Assembly: GCF_000039765.1 (NCBI RefSeq)
Contig: NC_004459.3
Span: 1,050,001-1,082,000, forward strand
Direction: 5' to 3'
From: Vibrio vulnificus CMCP6
Lineage (GTDB): Bacteria; Pseudomonadota; Gammaproteobacteria; Enterobacterales; Vibrionaceae
Length of the DNA: 32,000 nt
The notes beneath the pieces are model-generated. The model was not told the DNA's origin and made no database searches. It saw nothing but the letters and a program-made list of their open reading frames with translations. Of this stretch, positions 15,923 through 25,444 are shown one piece after another; positions within the stretch are counted from its first letter, which is position 1, and the number at the start of each line of letters is the position of its first letter. The translations under genes and the position numbers were made by a program.

Positions 15923-16042
15923 TGCTTGGCGACCATAGCGTTTTGGACCCACCTGAATCCATTCCGAACTCAGAAGTGAAACGAAATAGCGTCGATGGTA
16001 GTGTGGGGTTTCCCCATGTGAGAGTAGAACATCGCCAGGCTT
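15923..16042 (+). rRNA. rrf: 5S ribosomal RNA
   Basis: TGCTTGGCGACCATAGCG...CCGAACTCAGAAGTGAAACG...GGTAGTGTGGGGTTTCCCCATGTGAGAGTAG...CGCCAGGCTT. 120 nt, collinear with E. coli 5S. Confidence 0.96.
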
Positions 16043-16142
16043 ACTTACTGTCTTTAGGTTATTCCTTTTTGTAAAGTGATGTCTAAAGACAAAACTAAAA
16101 CCTAGCATTATATAAGTAAGACTAAGTTTTAGGACAATTTGT

Positions 16143-16233
16143 GGAGAGATGGCTGAGTGGTTGAAAGCACCGGTCTTGAAAACCGGCGTACGTTAATAGC
16201 GTACCTAGGGTTCAAATCCCTATCTCTCCGCCA
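16143..16233 (+). tRNA. tRNA-Ser (UGA), distal tRNA of the rrn operon
   Basis: GGAGAGATGGCTGAGTGGTTGAAAGCACCGGTCTTGAAAACCGGCG, a long variable arm, then GGGTTCAAATCCCTATCTCTCCGCCA. 91 nt, type II tRNA, anticodon TGA. Confidence 0.95.
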
Positions 16234-16240
16234 CTACATA

Positions 16241-16279
16241 GAAAGCCTGCAAAGTAATTTGCAGGCTTTCGTCATTTCT
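16241..16279 (+). terminator. rrn operon terminator hairpin
   Basis: GAAAGCCTGCAAA GTAA TTTGCAGGCTTTC forms a perfect 13-bp stem with a tetraloop. The T tail (GTCATTTCT) is weak. Confidence 0.6.
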
Positions 16280-16329
16280 GGTGTTTGATAATAAGAAGGG
16301 ATTTGTGTCAAACCCCTAGTTGTCAAATA

Positions 16330-17448
16330 TCATACCAATATGGAAAATTAACTGGTCAGGTCTATCCATCTTCTCGAGCACATCTGTCTGACTCTGGCCG
16401 AACATTCCAAAAAACTATTCCAAGCCCTACATACTTTGGAGACAATGTTTTCGTAATCCGCAAAAGATTGATTGGCGAGAGAGTGTTGTCTTAACCAACT
16501 CCACACTTGTTCTATCGGGTTTAGCTCTGGTGAATAGGGTGGGAGCTTGATGATACTGACATTGTCAAATGGCTCAGCAATGTCATTGGTATGCCAACCC
16601 GCTCCATCCATAATGACCACTGCGTGACGACCTTTTTCGGTCACCGCGGAGAGCTGCTTCAGATGCTCAACCATAATGTTCTTGTTAACCCAAGGAACGA
16701 CCATTGCCTCACCAATACCTCTAGCGGGGCATACTGAGCCAAACAAATACGCATATTCAAACTGCTGCTGTTTTACCACTCTTGGTCTTGAGCCACGCTC
16801 AGCCCAAAGTCGAGTTGTCGTGTTTTGCTGGCCAAATCTTGCTTCATCTTGAAACCAGACATCGACGTTATCAAGCCCCATGTGACCGGGGATCTTAAGG
16901 ATCGTTTCAATGTTGAATTTTTTTAAAATCGTCTTGGATTTGCTGGGATTGACGAGGGTGCTTGGAGCGTGAAGTTATCCAAGAAAAGCCCATATGGTTG
17001 AGCAAGTAGTAGATCGAATCTGGGTGGTAGTGTTTGCCAAATTCATTAACGATATAAGCATGAATATCGTTACCAGTTAATCTACCGCCAGACGAATCCA
17101 TCGCTCGAGCTTTTATATACCGACTTAATTGTTCTCGCTGCTCCGCGTTAAGAAATGCTGGGCGACCCGTTCTTGGTTTTTCTTGCAGTCCTTCAAGCCC
17201 TTCTTCAAGGAAGGTTTGTACCCATTTATTCACACTGGTTCTGCTTACCTTAAGGAACTTAGCAATTTGGGTTCGAGAGTGACCATCTTTAAAATGGGCC
17301 AATGCGAGCAATCACATCTTCATTTGAATAGATTTTTGTTGGCTAGCAAGTTTTTTGAAATCAATGTTATTAAGACTGTCCATAGCGTCATTTATCACGA
17401 AGAAGTAACAGTCTCAATTAGATCATATTTTTAGTTAGGTTGGTATGA
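16330..17448 (-). mobile_element. IS630-family insertion sequence (about 1.1 kb), apparently decayed
   Basis: It encodes an IS630/Tc1-type transposase: an HTH N-terminal domain plus the DDE motifs WFQDEARF, VIMDGAGWH and PPYSPELNPIEQVW. A 9-bp perfect terminal inverted match, TCATACCAA at 16330-16338 and TTGGTATGA at 17440-17448, gives 1119 bp, the expected family size. The boundaries are tentative: TA is present on the left flank only. Confidence 0.8.
16348..17383 (-). pseudogene. IS630-family transposase, interrupted by an in-frame TGA and a +1 frame break
   Basis: From the ATG at 17383 the frame reads MDSLNNIDFKKLASQQKSIQMKM, then TGA (17314-17312), then LLALAHFKDGHSRTQIA... to the stop at 16909-16907. 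The DDE half (16881-16348, frame open upstream to 16974) is in the +1 frame. The two frames overlap across an A7 run (16924-16918 on the minus strand). Confidence 0.75.
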
Positions 17449-17466
17449 CAGGCTTTGCATTGCTGC

Positions 17467-18357
17467 TTAAATCACGATGTACTTACTTTCAGCAACTTTC
17501 CATAAGGCTTGAATTAGGGGATTTTCGAGTTGAGATTTGATGCAGCATACCCCCAACTCAAAAGGTTTAATGGGAGCGACTTTTAGTCTCTGTATTTTCT
17601 CTTTGACTGGGCTGTTGTTGATCACAACATCCGGAGCAATACCGATACCACACCCCAAAGCTACCATACTCACAATCGCTTCATGACCTGAAACCTGAGC
17701 ATAAATATTGGGTTTAATTTTCATCTTTTTAAACCAAGTATTCGCCCTTTCTCTAGCGGTACCTGCTTCAGGAACTATATAGGGGATCGAAGACCAATCA
17801 GGCTTATCACGGTTCATTTCATCCGTGAAACTGCTCACTCCTTGAGGTGCAATTACAGAGAGTGGAATTTCGCTGATGGGCTCAAAAGCCACTTTTGCTG
17901 GTACTGTGTCTGGTTTGGCGGAAATAGCAATATCAGCCTCTCCGTTCAGAATTTTATCCATGGCTTGTGCAGGATCACCGGTAGATATTTTGAATTCAAT
18001 AAAAGGATGTTGTAGTCGAAATTCAGAAAGAAGTTCTGGCAAGTGGCTATAGCTGGCGGTGACGGAACAAAATAAGCGTATTTCCCCTTTGAGTTCGGTT
18101 TCTGAATAACGGTTTTGTAATTGATACTGTTGCCATTCGTTAAGCATTTTAAGTGCAACTGGCATCAGTTTTTTACCTGCAGGTGTTATTTCAACACTAC
18201 GATTGTCTCTAGTGAAGAGTTGCTGGCTAGTTTCTTCTTCTAGCTTTTGAATTTGACGACTGAGCGCGGATGGACTGATGTGCATTGCTGCTGCCGTCTT
18301 GGCAAAGTTTTTACTATCACAGAGGTGAATAAATAGCTGTAAGCTTTTGATGTTCAT
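17467..18357 (-). CDS. ilvY: LysR-family transcriptional activator IlvY
   Basis: Start at the ATG at 18357 (MNIKSLQLFIHLCDSKNFAKTAAAMHISPSALSRQIQKLEEE). It is collinear with E. coli IlvY (FCSVTASYSHLP, HEAIVSMVALGCG, PFELGVC). It is divergent from ilvC. Confidence 0.93.
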   Translation of the reverse strand: MNIKSLQLFIHLCDSKNFAKTAAAMHISPSALSRQIQKLEEETSQQLFTRDNRSVEITPAGKKLMPVALKMLNEWQQYQLQNRYSETELKGEIRLFCSVTASYSHLPELLSEFRLQHPFIEFKISTGDPAQAMDKILNGEADIAISAKPDTVPAKVAFEPISEIPLSVIAPQGVSSFTDEMNRDKPDWSSIPYIVPEAGTARERANTWFKKMKIKPNIYAQVSGHEAIVSMVALGCGIGIAPDVVINNSPVKEKIQRLKVAPIKPFELGVCCIKSQLENPLIQALWKVAESKYIVI

Positions 18358-18375
18358 TGTATATGTCTTTCCGTG

Positions 18376-18441
18376 TTGCACTATTTGCAATTACTAATTG
18401 TGAATATATCACTTTGAGCAACTTAAAGTCTGTTTTAGTAT
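18376..18441. promoter_or_regulatory. ilvY-ilvC divergent control region (candidate IlvY operator and ilvC promoter)
   Basis: Dyad TTGCA-CTATT-TGCAA at 18376-18390, followed by the half-dyad TTGCAAT-N5-ATTGTGA. Candidate ilvC promoter: TTGAGC (18414-18419), 16 nt, TAGTAT (18436-18441). Assigned by analogy to the E. coli ilvYC tandem operators. Confidence 0.5.
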
Positions 18442-18498
18442 GAATTCATTCGGTGAGTAACCACCGACCGTGATGGATGAATTTTAAGGAGAGCCCTG

Positions 18499-19983
18499 AT
18501 GGCGAACTATTTCAATACTTTGAACCTTCGTGAGCAACTAGACCAATTGGGTCGTTGTCGTTTTATGGATCGCAGTGAATTCGCTACAGAGGCGGATTAC
18601 CTTAAGGGTAAAAAAGTCGTCATCGTAGGTTGTGGTGCGCAAGGCCTAAACCAAGGTCTAAACATGCGTGACTCCGGTCTTGATGTTGCTTACGCGCTAC
18701 GTCAAGCCGCGATTGATGAGCAGCGTCAATCATACAAAAATGCTAAAGAGAACGGTTTTGAAGTGGGTAGCTATGAAACGCTGATCCCTCAAGCTGATCT
18801 TGTTGTTAACTTGACACCAGATAAACAGCACACCAATGTGGTTGAAACCGTAATGCCCCTAATGAAAGAAGGCGCGGCTCTTGGCTACTCACACGGTTTT
18901 AACGTTGTTGAAGAAGGCATGCAAATCCGTAAAGACCTAACGGTTGTTATGGTGGCGCCTAAGTGTCCTGGTACAGAAGTTCGTGAAGAATACAAACGTG
19001 GCTTTGGTGTTCCTACATTGATTGCTGTTCACCCAGAGAACGATCCAAAAGGTGAGGGTTGGGACATTGCGAAAGCTTGGGCGGCTGCGACTGGTGGTCA
19101 TCGTGCGGGTTGTCTTGAGTCTTCATTTGTTGCTGAAGTGAAATCAGACTTGATGGGTGAGCAAACCATTCTATGTGGCATGCTTCAAGCTGGTTCTATC
19201 GTATGTTACGAGAAGATGGTTGCGGAAGGCATTGACCCAGGTTACGCAGGTAAGTTACTGCAGTACGGTTGGGAAACCATTACTGAAGCACTGAAGTTCG
19301 GTGGTATCACTCATATGATGGACCGTCTATCAAACCCAGCGAAGATCAAAGCATTTGAGCTTTCTGAAGAGCTAAAGGATCTGATGCGTCCTCTGTACAA
19401 CAAACACATGGACGACATTATCTCAGGTCACTTCTCTAGCACTATGATGGCTGACTGGGCGAATGATGATGCGAATCTGCTAGGCTGGCGCGCTGAAACG
19501 GGTGAAACGGCGTTCGAAAATTACCCATCAACGGATGTTGAAATCTCTGAGCAAGAGTACTTTGACAACGGTATCTTAATGGTTGCAATGGTTCGTGCTG
19601 GCGTTGAACTGGCGTTTGAAGCAATGACGGCTTCTGGCATTATTGACGAATCGGCTTACTACGAGTCGCTGCATGAGTTACCACTTATTGCCAACACAAT
19701 TGCACGTAAGCGTCTATACGAGATGAACGTGGTTATCTCAGACACAGCGGAATATGGTAACTACCTGTTTGCTAATGTGGCAACACCGCTACTTCGTGAG
19801 AAGTTTATGCCTTCGGTAGGGACAGATGTGATTGGTAAGGGGTTAGGTGAAACTTCTAATCAAGTTGATAACGCGACACTCATTGCCGTAAATGAGACTA
19901 TCCGCAATCACCCTGTTGAGTACATCGGTGAAGAGCTGCGTGGTTACATGACTGACATGAAACGTATCGCTGTTGGTGGCTAA
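18499..19983 (+). CDS. ilvC: ketol-acid reductoisomerase (class II, NADP+)
   Basis: 494 aa. [23 protein letters not shown]...[24 protein letters not shown]... is collinear with E. coli IlvC along its whole length. RBS AAGGAG. Confidence 0.98.
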   Translation: MANYFNTLNLREQLDQLGRCRFMDRSEFATEADYLKGKKVVIVGCGAQGLNQGLNMRDSGLDVAYALRQAAIDEQRQSYKNAKENGFEVGSYETLIPQADLVVNLTPDKQHTNVVETVMPLMKEGAALGYSHGFNVVEEGMQIRKDLTVVMVAPKCPGTEVREEYKRGFGVPTLIAVHPENDPKGEGWDIAKAWAAATGGHRAGCLESSFVAEVKSDLMGEQTILCGMLQAGSIVCYEKMVAEGIDPGYAGKLLQYGWETITEALKFGGITHMMDRLSNPAKIKAFELSEELKDLMRPLYNKHMDDIISGHFSSTMMADWANDDANLLGWRAETGETAFENYPSTDVEISEQEYFDNGILMVAMVRAGVELAFEAMTASGIIDESAYYESLHELPLIANTIARKRLYEMNVVISDTAEYGNYLFANVATPLLREKFMPSVGTDVIGKGLGETSNQVDNATLIAVNETIRNHPVEYIGEELRGYMTDMKRIAVGG

Positions 19984-20086
19984 GTCTCGCCTTTCCACCT
20001 ATTCTCATTCTAGTGTCTAGAAAAGGGCGCTAACAAAACTCCAGGCAGACTGGGGTGATAAATACAAAAGAAAACACAACATGTAA

Positions 20087-20120
20087 TTAAAAGGCTTGGT
20101 CTCTGACCAAGCCTTTTGTT
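20087..20120. terminator. bidirectional intrinsic terminator (ilvC / ubiK)
   Basis: TTAAA AGGCTTGGTC TCT GACCAAGCCT TTTGTTT. Perfect 11-bp stem with an A-tract upstream and a T-tract downstream. Confidence 0.8.
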
Positions 20121-20178
20121 TATTCGCTTATCGCTGCTTTAGAACGAAGAAAAACGCCCTAACTGTCGCGTTTGGGGA

Positions 20179-20430
20179 TTACTTATCAGCGAGCTTTGCT
20201 TCAAGCTCTGACAGTTTCTTTTCCATCTCACTGAGCTTTTGACGAGTGCGCAGCAAGACTTGCGTTTGCACATCAAACTCTTCACGGCTAACCACATCAA
20301 GCTTGTTGAGTTGGCCTTGAATGACTTGACGGATTTTTTGATCCACATCCGCACCTAAATCCTTAACGGGTTGTGGCATAGAGTCGTGAATTTGTTTTGC
20401 AATCTGCTCAATTTTCTTTGGGTCAAACAT
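20179..20430 (-). CDS. ubiK: ubiquinone biosynthesis accessory factor UbiK (YqiC/BMFP family)
   Basis: 83 aa. [19 protein letters not shown]...[23 protein letters not shown] is nearly identical in these blocks to E. coli YqiC. Confidence 0.9.
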   Translation of the reverse strand: MFDPKKIEQIAKQIHDSMPQPVKDLGADVDQKIRQVIQGQLNKLDVVSREEFDVQTQVLLRTRQKLSEMEKKLSELEAKLADK

Positions 20431-20530
20431 GAGGTAGCTCCTGATTTCTTTGTTGGTATTCTATGTAATTGACTGGTGAAAGTCGCTATCTCTGGCGTAA
20501 AAAAGCGACACAGATGTAGTGTGAAAAGTA

Positions 20531-20556
20531 ACAAAAAGGCCGCATAAGCGGCCTTT
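20531..20556 (-). terminator. intrinsic terminator of the efflux operon
   Basis: On the minus strand, AAAGGCCGC TTAT GCGGCCTTT is followed by TTGTTAC (the T-run continues out of the stem), 20 nt after the RND stop codon. Confidence 0.8.
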
Positions 20557-20575
20557 CGTTTATATTGCATCGCAA

Positions 20576-23500
20576 TTACTGTTCTGCGATTTGGCGTTGA
20601 GCGGCTTTTGCTTCATCCACTCGAGCGAGTTTTTCCAAATCTTTATCTTCTACAAACACAGGTAGCGGTTTGTGTTTTTCAGCGAGGTAGCTGTAAATCA
20701 CAGGCAACACGAATAAGGTAAACAGTGTACCAATCGCTAGACCTGCGACGATAACGATACCGATGCTGAAGCGTTGAGCGGCGCCAGCGCCCGTTGCATA
20801 CATTAGTGGGATCAAACCAGCAATCATAGCCGCCGTCGTCATTAGGATTGGACGAAGACGTACTTTCGCCGCTTCCATCACCGCATCGATACGAGACCGC
20901 TTGTTATGTAACTGCTCTTCTTTGGCCACCTCACAAATCAAGATGCCGTGCTTGGTGATCAGGCCAACCAAGGTAATCAGGCCCACTTGCGAGTAGATGT
21001 TCATCGTCGCAAGACCCCATGCCAACGCAATCAAAGCACCACAGATCGCCAGTGGCACCGATACCATGATAACGATTGGATCGCGAATCGATTCAAACTG
21101 AATCGCCAATACCAAGAAGATAATCGCCAAAGCAAGACCAAAGGTGGCGTACAAGGCGCTGCCTTCTGTAACAAACTGACGAGCTTCACCCATGTAGTCA
21201 TGGTTGTAGCCAGTTGGTAGCTTGCTGCTAGCAATGTTTTCGAACCAATTGATGGCATCGCCCATCGCTGTGCCTGGTGAAGGTACTGCGCCGACGGTAG
21301 CGGAGTTCAATTGGTTGAAGTGAGGCAATGAACGAGGTTCAGCGATAACATCGATGGTGATCAAGCTACCCAGTGGCACCGCTTTGCCATCGGCAGCGCG
21401 CACATAGTAGTTCTTCATCGACTCAGGGTTCAAACGCCATTTACGTTCCACTTGCGGGATCACTTCGTAAGAGCGGCCATTAAGGTCAATGCGGTTGACA
21501 TAGCCGTCAGCCATCATGGTTCCTAGCGTGATACCAATATCTTGCATCGTAACGCCATACGCGCCCGCTTTGTCTTTGTCGATCTTGATTTTCATCGTCG
21601 CAGAGTCGTATTTCAGATCCAAATCTGAATACACAAACAACGGACTTGAAGTCACTTCCGTCAGAATGTCACTGGCGATGGTGTACAAGCTCTCAAAGCT
21701 ATTTGGTGTGGTAATCACGAACTGGATTGGTAGACCAGAGCCTGCGCCTGGAAGTTCTGGCATTTGGAAAGCCGTCACTGCCATACCTGGGACGTTGGAA
21801 ACCAAACCACCCACACGCTTAGTGATTTCCGCTTGGCTCGCTTCACGCTGGCTCCATGGCTTCAATGTTGCTAGACCAAAGGCTTGGTTCGAGTTTGGCA
21901 CCCCAGTAAACACCTGAGCAAACTCAACCTCTGGCTGATCAGACAGAATTTTGTTTACGTCATTCATGGTGTTTTGTAGGTAATCCAAGTTTGCGTTGGA
22001 TGGGCCAGTACCCATTAACATCACCACGCCTTTATCTTCTGAAGGCGCCAATTCACTTGGAATGAACTTAAATAGAACAGGCAGCGTACCAAAAACAATC
22101 AGTGCGAAACCGATCACCACAGGGCGATGGTCCATGACCGCTTTGAGCATTTTTTCGTAGCGGTTGGTCATGCCATCTAGCACATGATGCACTTTCTCTT
22201 CAAATTTGCTTGGCTTTTCATGTGCCTTTAGCATCTTCGAACACATCATTGGCGATAGTGTTAACGCGATAATACCGGATACAAATACCGAACCCGCAAG
22301 GGTCAGAGCAAACTCTTTAAACAGCGAACCAGTGATGCCTCCCATGAGCGCAATCGGTGCGTACACCGCGCCAAGTGTGAGCGTCATGGCGATAACCGGT
22401 ACCGCAATTTCACGCGTACCTATGATGGCGGCACGGAATGGCGATTCACCCTCTTTGATGTGGCGGTCGACGTTTTCTAGTACGACGATCGCATCATCCA
22501 CCACCAGACCGATAGCCAAAACCATCGCCAGCAGTGTCATCAGGTTCCACGAGAACCCCATCGCTTGCATCACCATCGCCACACCGATCAATGACAGTGG
22601 AATGGTGACGATAGGGATGATAACGGCGCGAAACGATCCCAAGAATAGGGTGATCACCACCAGTACGATCACGGCTGCTTCAACAATGGTTTTCACAACT
22701 TCGTGAATGGACTCATTGATGGCGATGGTCGAGTCGTACATCACGTTCATCTTGATATTGCTAGGCAGGTTGCGCTCAAGCTGAGGAAGCAGTTTAAGAA
22801 CATCTGCCGCAATGTTAATTGGGTTGGCACTTGGTGCTGCGTTGATGGCGGCTACCACGGCTTCTTGGCCATTTGCGCTGGCGCGGTAAACATCATGGCT
22901 TTTTTCCAGTGTGACTTTTGCGATATCGCCTAAGCGAATCACTTCACCATCACCCGATTTCACCACCAAGTTTTCCAGCTCTTGTACGTTCGAGACCTGA
23001 GTATCGGCACTGCCGTTGTACAGGACAAATTCGCCCGTTACCTGACCCGTTGCCGATTGGTAGTTGTTGGCGTTGAGTACGCCCATCACGTCGGTTGCAG
23101 TGAGGCGTAGTGCGCCCATTTTGGCAGGATCCAGCCACACGCGTAGTGCGTATTTCAAGCCACCATAGAGGTCAACTTTCGACACACCATTGATGGTGAA
23201 AAGTTGTGGGTTAATCACGCGCTCTAGGTAGTCCGTGATTTGGCTTGATGACAGCTCATCACTGGTGAAGCCGATATACAGCACCGCCGTTGTCGAACCG
23301 GTCGACATGGTCACCGTTGGGTCTTCGGCTTCTTTTGGTAACTGCGATCGAACCGAGTTCGTTTTGGCCAAAATATCCGCCAAGGCGGCATTTGGATCGG
23401 TATTGAGCTTCATGTTCACCGTGATGGTTGATTTACCCAGCACCGATTGTGAGGTCATGTAGTCAATATTATCGGCCTGCGCAACGGCTTGCTCCAAAGG

Positions 23501-23695
23501 TTGAGTAATGAAACCTTGGATCAAATCGGCACTGGCGCCGTAGTAACTGGTGGTTACCGTTACGACGGTATTGGTCATTTCAGGGTATTCTCGCACCTGC
23601 ATCTTGAACACCGCTTGTAAGCCAAGCAAGGCGATCAAAAAGCTGATGGATACCGCTAAAACTGGACGTTTTATAAAAACATCAGTAAAGCGCAT
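20576..23695 (-). CDS. vexB: RND multidrug efflux permease (HAE1 family; VexB-like)
   Basis: 1039 aa. MRFTDVFIKRPVLAVSISFLIALLGL, 12-TM RND architecture, motifs GLVVDDAIVVLENV and LITKHGILI. RBS GGAGG. The symbol rests on synteny (ilvC ... tetR-MFP-RND ... cytochrome c5), which as I recall matches V. cholerae VC0162-VC0168. The protein family call is firm; the symbol is less so. Confidence 0.93.
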   Translation of the reverse strand: MRFTDVFIKRPVLAVSISFLIALLGLQAVFKMQVREYPEMTNTVVTVTTSYYGASADLIQGFITQPLEQAVAQADNIDYMTSQSVLGKSTITVNMKLNTDPNAALADILAKTNSVRSQLPKEAEDPTVTMSTGSTTAVLYIGFTSDELSSSQITDYLERVINPQLFTINGVSKVDLYGGLKYALRVWLDPAKMGALRLTATDVMGVLNANNYQSATGQVTGEFVLYNGSADTQVSNVQELENLVVKSGDGEVIRLGDIAKVTLEKSHDVYRASANGQEAVVAAINAAPSANPINIAADVLKLLPQLERNLPSNIKMNVMYDSTIAINESIHEVVKTIVEAAVIVLVVITLFLGSFRAVIIPIVTIPLSLIGVAMVMQAMGFSWNLMTLLAMVLAIGLVVDDAIVVLENVDRHIKEGESPFRAAIIGTREIAVPVIAMTLTLGAVYAPIALMGGITGSLFKEFALTLAGSVFVSGIIALTLSPMMCSKMLKAHEKPSKFEEKVHHVLDGMTNRYEKMLKAVMDHRPVVIGFALIVFGTLPVLFKFIPSELAPSEDKGVVMLMGTGPSNANLDYLQNTMNDVNKILSDQPEVEFAQVFTGVPNSNQAFGLATLKPWSQREASQAEITKRVGGLVSNVPGMAVTAFQMPELPGAGSGLPIQFVITTPNSFESLYTIASDILTEVTSSPLFVYSDLDLKYDSATMKIKIDKDKAGAYGVTMQDIGITLGTMMADGYVNRIDLNGRSYEVIPQVERKWRLNPESMKNYYVRAADGKAVPLGSLITIDVIAEPRSLPHFNQLNSATVGAVPSPGTAMGDAINWFENIASSKLPTGYNHDYMGEARQFVTEGSALYATFGLALAIIFLVLAIQFESIRDPIVIMVSVPLAICGALIALAWGLATMNIYSQVGLITLVGLITKHGILICEVAKEEQLHNKRSRIDAVMEAAKVRLRPILMTTAAMIAGLIPLMYATGAGAAQRFSIGIVIVAGLAIGTLFTLFVLPVIYSYLAEKHKPLPVFVEDKDLEKLARVDEAKAAQRQIAEQ

Positions 23696-23706
23696 GATGC
23701 CTCCAA

Positions 23707-24813
23707 TTACAGCATAGGGGTTTCAGCCGGAGGTGTAATCGCGTCGCTTTCGACAACACGAACCTTGGCATCGTTACTCAAGCGAACCTGGCCAGATGTC
23801 ACCACCTGATCACCCACTTTTACGCCATCGAGAATGTGTGCGATATTCCCAGTGCGTTCACCCACTTTCACCACATGTTGTTTCACGCGCTGCACGCCGT
23901 CTTCTTCCGTTAGAATGTAAACATTGTCACCGTAGAGCGTAAATGTGATCGCCGTTTGTGGCAGTGTGACTTGGTCTTCTAACTTCGGCAGAATGATGTT
24001 GGCACGGGCAAACATACCACTACGCAGTTTTCCGTCGCTGTTTGGAATATCTGCTTGTATTTGAATCAAACCACTTTGGATATTGACAGCTGGTTCAATC
24101 GCAGTGATTGAGCCTTTGAATGGGTTTTGCGGATAAGCATCGACAAAAATATCCACTTCCTGACCGAGATTGATGCGAGAAATATCGTTTTGCGGCACGG
24201 TAAAACGTAAGCGCATCACGCTGGTGTCTTCCAAACGTACGATATCAGAGCCTGCTTGCAGATATTGGCCTAGGTAGACATTACGAATACCAATCACTCC
24301 AGAGAATGGTGCTTTGATCTCACGGCGTGCAATCGAAGCTTTCAAGCTTTCAATATCGGCTTTTAACGAGTAGTAATTGGCTCCAGCTTCATCGTACGCT
24401 TCTTTTGAAATCGAGCCTTTTTTGAAGAGGCCTTGATAGCGTTTGTACTTCGCTTCTGCCGCTGGCAGTTTTGCTTCACTGCTCTTCAGGTTGGCTTTTT
24501 CTACATCAGAGTCGAGCAGAACAAGCGGTTGGCCTTCTTTTACTTGTGTGCCGGATTCAAAGCGGATCTGTTTAATGACACCGCTGGTTTCATTGGCAAT
24601 CGTCACACCTTGGTTGGGTTCGATAAAACCGATCGCTTCAATCACAGGTATCCAGTCGACCGGTTTCACTTCTGTGACCGTTACTGGGAATTCTGGCTCA
24701 GGACGATTTGCCAGGTATTCGGCAATTTTCTTTTGTTTGAAGAGGTTGAAACCTATCACGCTGCCAAACAGCAGAATGGCGATAAGTAACATAAAAAAGG
24801 TCCACTTTTTCAT
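23707..24813 (-). CDS. vexA: RND efflux periplasmic adaptor (membrane fusion protein; VexA-like)
   Basis: 368 aa. N-terminal membrane anchor, lipoyl/barrel-sandwich blocks (GQPLVLLD, IKAPFSGVIG) and a coiled-coil hairpin. It ends 11 nt upstream of the RND gene. Confidence 0.92.
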   Translation of the reverse strand: MKKWTFFMLLIAILLFGSVIGFNLFKQKKIAEYLANRPEPEFPVTVTEVKPVDWIPVIEAIGFIEPNQGVTIANETSGVIKQIRFESGTQVKEGQPLVLLDSDVEKANLKSSEAKLPAAEAKYKRYQGLFKKGSISKEAYDEAGANYYSLKADIESLKASIARREIKAPFSGVIGIRNVYLGQYLQAGSDIVRLEDTSVMRLRFTVPQNDISRINLGQEVDIFVDAYPQNPFKGSITAIEPAVNIQSGLIQIQADIPNSDGKLRSGMFARANIILPKLEDQVTLPQTAITFTLYGDNVYILTEEDGVQRVKQHVVKVGERTGNIAHILDGVKVGDQVVTSGQVRLSNDAKVRVVESDAITPPAETPML

Positions 24814-24830
24814 TCTATTAAGAACTCCAA

Positions 24831-25412
24831 TTAGTGATTAATGATTGCATCCCAGCTGGCGTCGATGGCAGCGTCAAGTGCCTTGTCATCCAGTTGGTAA
24901 AAGCCTAATGCGTGTTTTTTCGCTAGCCTGACGCTGGTCTCCAAACTTAGACCAAACAAAATTTCGTTATCCAGCGTTTTGAACACCCCTTGCTCCTTGC
25001 CCATATCGAACATTAAAGCAACTTGGTGAAACATTTTCTTTTCTAGCTCGCGGGTTTTGTGGCTATTCGAGCAAGGTAGTGATTCGTACTGAATACGGTT
25101 GCTCAAAGTAGACAAGTTTGAAGCCGCTAAATTCCATGTGTTTAGCCACATGGTGCGATATTGTTGTTTCAAAGGCATATCACGGGTTACGTTGGCTTGA
25201 ATCGCCGTGGCAACTCGTTGAGTAATACGTAGCCTGAGTTCATCCAGCAGGTGTTCTTTATCGTCAAAATAACGATAAATCGTACCTGCTGCGACGCCTG
25301 CTTCTTTGGCCAATTTACTCATCGATAGACCCTGAAAACCGGACTCCGCAATCAACTTCTCTGCCGCAGCCAGGATTTGTTGTTGCTTGTCGTTCTGCTC
25401 TTCAGATGACAT
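24831..25412 (-). CDS. vexR: TetR/AcrR-family transcriptional regulator, first gene of the efflux operon (VexR-like)
   Basis: 193 aa. HTH segment ILAAAEKLIAESGFQGLSMSKLAKEAGVAAGTIYRYFDDKEHLL. It is co-oriented with the MFP gene and ends 17 nt upstream of it. Confidence 0.9.
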   Translation of the reverse strand: MSSEEQNDKQQQILAAAEKLIAESGFQGLSMSKLAKEAGVAAGTIYRYFDDKEHLLDELRLRITQRVATAIQANVTRDMPLKQQYRTMWLNTWNLAASNLSTLSNRIQYESLPCSNSHKTRELEKKMFHQVALMFDMGKEQGVFKTLDNEILFGLSLETSVRLAKKHALGFYQLDDKALDAAIDASWDAIINH

Positions 25413-25426
25413 GGGTTATCCACCAG

Positions 25427-25444
25427 TGAATGAACGTTCATTCA
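25427..25444. promoter_or_regulatory. candidate TetR operator overlapping the efflux-operon promoter
   Basis: Perfect 18-bp palindrome TGAATGAACGTTCATTCA, 14 nt upstream of the tetR ATG. On the minus strand a TATAAT hexamer (25449-25444) abuts it. Confidence 0.6.

Noticed and set aside
20355-20570. 71-aa minus-strand ORF between ubiK and the RND gene
   Set aside because: It overlaps the ubiK 5' end and spans the RND terminator hairpin. It has odd composition, no RBS and no recognisable family.
20948-24841. Plus-strand ORFs of 75-166 aa inside the RND and MFP genes (21516-21917, 22206-22706, 24433-24789, 24443-24841 and others)
   Set aside because: They are antisense shadows of long, confidently assigned genes. 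They have low-complexity, atypical composition and no start context.
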